Below the pieces are notes generated by a model. That model worked only from the letters and a program-made list of their open reading frames with translations. It searched no databases and had not been told where the DNA came from. Positions 60,261-64,000 of a stretch of DNA of 64,000 nucleotides are shown piece after piece (within the stretch, counting starts at the first letter, position 1; every line of letters begins with the position of its first letter). The stretch is from a virus, in IMG/VR virus record IMGVR_UViG_3300021963_000063, positions 32,731-96,730 of that record. One strand, written 5' to 3'. The position numbers and the translations under genes are program-made.

Positions 60261-60512
60261 ATGTTTACACTAAACAAAATTACTAAGAATGAAGAACTAA
60301 ACTATTTTGTATCTTCACACCCTTGCCCAAATTGCGATAGCACTTTATCAGTTGAGATTACTCCTGATAAGTTGTACGCATACAACCAAGGGGCTTATGC
60401 CCAAGATGTATTGTCTGCCTATGATGCAGGTGTGCGTGAGCGTTTCATTAGTGGAATGTGTGAAATTTGTTGGGGACTAATGTTTGACTTTGACGATGAT
60501 GATGAGGAATAA
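60261..60512 (+). CDS. Zinc-ribbon protein with acidic tail
   Basis: CPNC...RERFISGMCEICW; start downstream of promoter 60210. Confidence 0.7.
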   Translation: MFTLNKITKNEELNYFVSSHPCPNCDSTLSVEITPDKLYAYNQGAYAQDVLSAYDAGVRERFISGMCEICWGLMFDFDDDDEE

Positions 60513-60543
60513 AATTGTCAGACCTCTCTGATAAGGTATACCT

Positions 60544-60681
60544 ATGAATTACAAAACACCAGACCACCCTGAACGCTTGAGGGCTAGACTTGAACTACGC
60601 AGGTCAAGTGCCTCACAACCACACAAGTCCAAAAAGGCTTACACACGCAAGACCAAACACAAGAACCTACAAGGAGAATAA
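60544..60681 (+). CDS. Basic 45-aa leaderless protein (ArfA-like C-terminal motif)
   Basis: TAAGGT-N6-ATG; ...LELRRSSASQPHKSKKAYTRKTKHK. Confidence 0.65.
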   Translation: MNYKTPDHPERLRARLELRRSSASQPHKSKKAYTRKTKHKNLQGE

Positions 60682-60682
60682 A

Positions 60683-60979
60683 ATGGGAAGAAACTTCGCA
60701 ACAGAATTATCCGCTATGGATACTATGCCACTTGAGCAACAGATTAACTTGCACTTGCAATACAACTTCTATCCACCTGTACCGTCCTCAATGGTACAAC
60801 CTTGCATTGAAGCAATTGACGCTTATTGGGACGAGGACATTTATCGTGAAATAGAAATGCCATTAGGAGTTTCTTATCGTGGTAGTGATACTGCACCTGC
60901 TCACGCTATCGTTGAACAACACCGCTTAGATTCCTGGCTAAGCGAACTAGATGACTACTATGAAGATGAAGAGGTTTAA
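60683..60979 (+). CDS. Acidic hypothetical protein
   Basis: AAGGAG SD; start MGRNFA. Confidence 0.7.
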   Translation: MGRNFATELSAMDTMPLEQQINLHLQYNFYPPVPSSMVQPCIEAIDAYWDEDIYREIEMPLGVSYRGSDTAPAHAIVEQHRLDSWLSELDDYYEDEEV

Positions 60980-60981
60980 TT

Positions 60982-61188
60982 ATGTGGCAACTACAAGCAA
61001 ACTGTGATGAAACAAATACAGAACTATTCTTTAGCAAACTAGAAAGTAAAGTTGCTAAAGCAAAAGCCCTATGTGGCAGTTGTGCAGTTGCAGACAAGTG
61101 TTTGCAATTTGCATTAGATACAGAAATTGAATTTGGTATTTTTGGTGGAGTCACCGCAGACGAAAGGAAAGCACTTGTTTCAAACTAA
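60982..61188 (+). CDS. whiB: WhiB-family Fe-S transcription factor
   Basis: C...CxxC-x5-C and GIFGG turn. Confidence 0.9.
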   Translation: MWQLQANCDETNTELFFSKLESKVAKAKALCGSCAVADKCLQFALDTEIEFGIFGGVTADERKALVSN

Positions 61189-61366
61189 CTTAGTAGTGAA
61201 CTTTACCAATGGTGAAAGTAAAACTTATTTAGATGTTCACCCTGACCAAAGTTTCTTTATCCATAATGAGATGCTTACATTAGAAACGCTAAACGGTGAG
61301 ATGATTTGGTACATACCTGCCGTATCTGTAATTGACTACTACACAGAATGCGTGAGGGTTTCATAA
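61175..61366 (+). CDS. Hypothetical protein
   Basis: TTG start after GAAAGGA. Confidence 0.55.
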   Translation: MFQTNLVVNFTNGESKTYLDVHPDQSFFIHNEMLTLETLNGEMIWYIPAVSVIDYYTECVRVS

Positions 61367-61511
61367 CTTGACAAAAGCTCCGAAAGGGGCTCGGGGGGAT
61401 TTTTTTTGAAATGTCAATTACGACACGCTCAAAAACTCACTGAAAAAAACACTAGAAATTGTCAGACCCTTGTGGTAATGTATACACATAACCTACTAAG
61501 AAAGAGAAAAA

Positions 61512-61643
61512 ATGACAGACCAGCAACTTGTAGATAAAATTGTTGATTTATTTGATGCAGTCATTGACGAGAGTGCATTGGATAGATTATCAGAAGAAGA
61601 ACTAAAAGCAATTGACAAAATACTAACGGAAGCAGGTTACTAA
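61512..61643 (+). CDS. Acidic helical micro-protein (43 aa)
   Basis: MTDQQLVDKIVDLFD... Confidence 0.65.
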   Translation: MTDQQLVDKIVDLFDAVIDESALDRLSEEELKAIDKILTEAGY

Positions 61644-61644
61644 A

Positions 61645-61983
61645 ATGGGTGCAAGAATTAATTTCGTATTTGATGACGGAACAGATAGCCTAGTTAATCT
61701 TTATTCACATTGGGGTGAGACTGATTGGGAAAATGATTTAATAGGTGCATTGATACACGCACAGAAACGCAAAGGTGACTATTCATACTTTACTCGTATG
61801 GTTATCTCACACCTAATTAAAGACTATGTTTTAGATGAAACTGGTTTTGGTATCTATGCAATTAACCGTTCAGAAATTGCTAACAATTTTGATAAGACAG
61901 TTGTATTAGATTTAGTAAATAACACATTGACAGATTTAGACAATGATAAGACAGTTGAACTATATGGAAAGGTATTTGCATAA
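61645..61983 (+). CDS. Phage hypothetical protein
   Basis: MGAR...LYSHWG motif. Confidence 0.7.
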   Translation: MGARINFVFDDGTDSLVNLYSHWGETDWENDLIGALIHAQKRKGDYSYFTRMVISHLIKDYVLDETGFGIYAINRSEIANNFDKTVVLDLVNNTLTDLDNDKTVELYGKVFA

Positions 61984-62132
61984 TGGCAAAGATGAAAACA
62001 ATTGAAATGATTCTAATGGAAAACCACCCTGATGGAATTTACAATGAAGATGATGTATGGGAAGCAATTGCAGAAGCAAATGGCATGGACTATTCAGAAA
62101 TAGCAGACGGAGATTTAGCAGAATGGCTATAA
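61983..62132 (+). CDS. Highly acidic micro-protein (49 aa)
   Basis: MAKMKTIE...EDDVWEAIAEANGMDYSEIADGDLAEWL. Confidence 0.65.
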   Translation: MAKMKTIEMILMENHPDGIYNEDDVWEAIAEANGMDYSEIADGDLAEWL

Positions 62133-62254
62133 AACTATTTAATAAGAAACCAGAACTAATCGAAGATACATTTACTAAGTTAGATAGACTAATGAGTGAA
62201 ATGGCATCTACTGACATCTACATCGAATACCTTGAATTAAGGGAGGGTATGTAA
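62123..62254 (+). CDS. Hypothetical micro-protein
   Basis: MAIKLFNKK...; GGAG SD. Confidence 0.55.
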   Translation: MAIKLFNKKPELIEDTFTKLDRLMSEMASTDIYIEYLELREGM

Positions 62255-62459
62255 TGGCATTTGGTATCCTAATGGTATTGACTGTATACTCATTTATTGT
62301 TATGATAATGCTATACACAGACAAAGTTGAAAGCGAATGGGATAGTCAATAATGGAAATATTTTTTGGGGCAATTGGTCTGCTAATATTGTTTGGAGTGC
62401 TTATGTCTAATGGCAAGGGTACACCACACGATGAGGAAGATGGTTGGTATGATTACTGA
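62254..62459 (+). CDS. Two single-TM micropeptides (62254-62352, 62352-62459)
   Basis: MAFGILMVLTVYSFIVMIMLY... and MEIFFGAIGLLILFGVLM...; TAATG couplings. Confidence 0.6.
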
Positions 62460-62664
62460 GTATAAAGAAATAGATCAACTAATTGGAATGACTATTGAGC
62501 CAGGTGATATGGTAAAGCTGCCTAATGGTGATATTGTAAATATCATTCGCACTGAACCCACCGCAACAGGCTATGATTTATTCTTCTTAGATTTGTTTGA
62601 AGATGAGGAACTGGTTTACAGTTTAGACGACAATGAAAAGGTAACACTCCTAGAATTTGACTAG
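62449..62664 (+). CDS. Small SH3-like acidic protein
   Basis: IEPGDMVKL pattern; start MITEYK. Confidence 0.6.
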   Translation: MITEYKEIDQLIGMTIEPGDMVKLPNGDIVNIIRTEPTATGYDLFFLDLFEDEELVYSLDDNEKVTLLEFD

Positions 62665-62710
62665 GGGTGCTGCCCCGAGCTCATAACTTGCCAAATGTCA
62701 AGTTACGATG

Positions 62711-62726
62711 TGTGATTTAAGTCACA
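62711..62726. promoter_or_regulatory. CRP/GlxR-type site
   Basis: TGTGA-tttaag-TCACA. Confidence 0.6.
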
Positions 62727-62811
62727 GGAAATTAGATGTAAAAAAGACTAGAAATTGTCAGACCTATCTGCTAAGATGTTAGCATAACAACAACATAGAA
62801 AAGAGAAGCAA

Positions 62812-62967
62812 ATGGATAAAATCCAAACACCAACTGTTGGCTCACAGTTCACGACTGCTAAGTCAGGCGTAACAGGAACAGTTCAGGAAGTAATCAAAAA
62901 TACTACTGGCTCACTCCGTATTCGTCTTGATGTAAATGGTCAAGACCGTTGGACTACTGTAAAGTAG
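62812..62967 (+). CDS. Small beta-barrel-like protein (51 aa)
   Basis: MDKIQTPTVGSQFTTAKSGVTG...DRWTTVK. Confidence 0.7.
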   Translation: MDKIQTPTVGSQFTTAKSGVTGTVQEVIKNTTGSLRIRLDVNGQDRWTTVK

Positions 62968-63050
62968 TTTTAGTTATGGGGTCTGGCAAAACTGTCAGAC
63001 CCCTATGCTAAGATTATTTTAATAAACTACCTACAAATAAGGAGACCCAA

Positions 63051-63536
63051 ATGGGACTAGACATGTATCTTCGTGCGAATGAGTATGTATCACGCAACGA
63101 TTGGACTCGTAATGACAAAGGTGAATTAGTTGATAGCCCTAATTCATTGTTTCAACAAATTGTTGAGACTCTTGAGTTAGAAAACATTATTGACAATACT
63201 GGATTTGCTGGAATGAGCATTGACTTACCAATGGGTTACTGGCGTAAGGCTAATCAAATCCATAACTGGTTTGTTGAAAACTTAGCAGACGGTGTTGATG
63301 AATGTCAGCCAATTGTAGTTCGTAGAGAAGATTTAGAAACTCTAAAAGAATTGTGTATTCAAGTTCTTGCTGTGAAAGAATTAGCAGAAGATTTATTACC
63401 AAGTGCTTCAGGTTTCTTCTTTGGTTCAACTACCTATGATGAATACTACTATAGTGATTTGAATGACACCATTGGTATTATTAACAAGTGTCTTGAAAGC
63501 AAGTTTGATTACTTTGAATACCAAGCATCTTGGTAG
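63051..63536 (+). CDS. Phage hypothetical protein
   Basis: MGLDMYL...YWRKANQIHNWF...GFFFG...YQASW; AAGGAG SD. Confidence 0.8.
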   Translation: MGLDMYLRANEYVSRNDWTRNDKGELVDSPNSLFQQIVETLELENIIDNTGFAGMSIDLPMGYWRKANQIHNWFVENLADGVDECQPIVVRREDLETLKELCIQVLAVKELAEDLLPSASGFFFGSTTYDEYYYSDLNDTIGIINKCLESKFDYFEYQASW

Positions 63537-63594
63537 TAGGGCAGTGCCTGAATCCATAAACCTGCTACAGCCACGCAGGTAAAATAAGGGGGAC

Positions 63595-63630
63595 AGTCCT
63601 GAGTACCATACCCAGACTATAAACTGCTCA
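63595..63630 (+). ncRNA. H-type pseudoknot just 5' of the tRNA
   Basis: AGUC/GACU stem; loop UGAGUA pairs with downstream UGCUCA. Confidence 0.5.
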
Positions 63631-63634
63631 CCCT

Positions 63635-63708
63635 GGTCTGTTAGCTCAATTGGTTAGAGCACTACCCTGTCACGGTAGAGGTTGTGGGTTCAAGTCCCAT
63701 ACAGATCG
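63635..63708 (+). tRNA. tRNA-Asp(GTC), CCA not encoded
   Basis: Acceptor GGTCTGT/ACAGATC, D arm, CTACC-CTGTCAC-GGTAG, T loop GTTCAAGT. Confidence 0.95.
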
Positions 63709-63851
63709 CAAAAAGGGCTCGGGGCTCAGCTCCCTATTTGTCAATTACGACACGCCTAAAAATATCACGAAGTTTCTTAAAATAAGTATTGATTATTGTC
63801 AGACCTATGGTGTATAGTTAAACTATTAAACAAACAAACAAAGGAATAAAA

Positions 63852-64000
63852 ATGTCAATTGACCAAATTGAAATCATAGACGGCAAGGCTTCTTATGCTT
63901 CCTTGCGTGTACCTGCCTACCACCAATTAGGAACTGTCTTTCAGAATGAAGTTTCTACATCAGAGATGCTTTCACTAGCAAACCTTGACAACTGGAATGT
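63852..64000 (+). CDS. DUF932/DUF945-like protein (partial)
   Basis: ...RVPAYHQLGTV...EMLSLANLDNW N-terminal pattern. Confidence 0.6.
   Translation, partial: MSIDQIEIIDGKASYASLRVPAYHQLGTVFQNEVSTSEMLSLANLDNWN

Larger units (their letters stand above)
57182..63818 (+). promoter_or_regulatory. Twelve TGTCAG-N10-TAnnnT (PafBC/RecA-NDp-type) promoters
   Basis: Starts at 57182, 57347, 57749, 58516, 59271, 59940, 60210, 60516, 61460, 62756, 62993, 63797; spacer is 10 nt in every copy; all precede ORF starts. Confidence 0.85.

Noticed and set aside
63539-63634. Hammerhead or theta ribozyme next to the tRNA
   Set aside because: No CUGANGA/GAAA core, and it lies 5' rather than 3' of the tRNA; kept only as an unassigned structure.
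56900-64000. Repeated motifs as a CRISPR array or integron attC cassettes
   Set aside because: Repeats are degenerate, irregularly spaced and promoter-shaped; no constant repeat-spacer period, attC R/L boxes or integrase.
1-64000. Stop-codon reassignment or a diversity-generating retroelement
   Set aside because: Long genes are intact in the standard code, TAG/TGA act as stops, and no reverse transcriptase or TR/VR pair was seen.

Overview
This 64 kb window is part of a large, AT-rich, long-tailed (siphovirus-type) phage genome. Its host is probably an actinobacterium, based on a WhiB gene, a DnaE-type polymerase, many leaderless promoters and actinobacterial regulator motifs. Positions 1-56.9 kb are almost all on the minus strand. 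They carry terminase, a replication/recombination block (RuvC-like, Cas4-like, RecA, DnaE, SSB, primase, DnaB), tail, tape-measure, neck, capsid, protease and portal genes, a class II RNR, two GT4 glycosyltransferases, holin-like genes, Hsp20 and two HNH nucleases. From about 56.9 kb the strand switches to an early-type region of micro-ORFs ending in tRNA-Asp. The main signal is non-coding. Every transcription unit there starts at a TGTCAG-N10-TAnnnT promoter (12 exact copies plus 1 variant), which is the RecA-NDp motif bound by the actinobacterial DNA-damage activator PafBC. These promoters sit in modular cassettes that also carry three DnaA-box clusters, PHO-box-like repeats, CRP-type palindromes and an unexplained TTGACA-N15-GCTCGGGG element. 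Two of their leaders hold a circularly permuted RNA motif. All protein calls come from motif recognition by eye; no searches were run.
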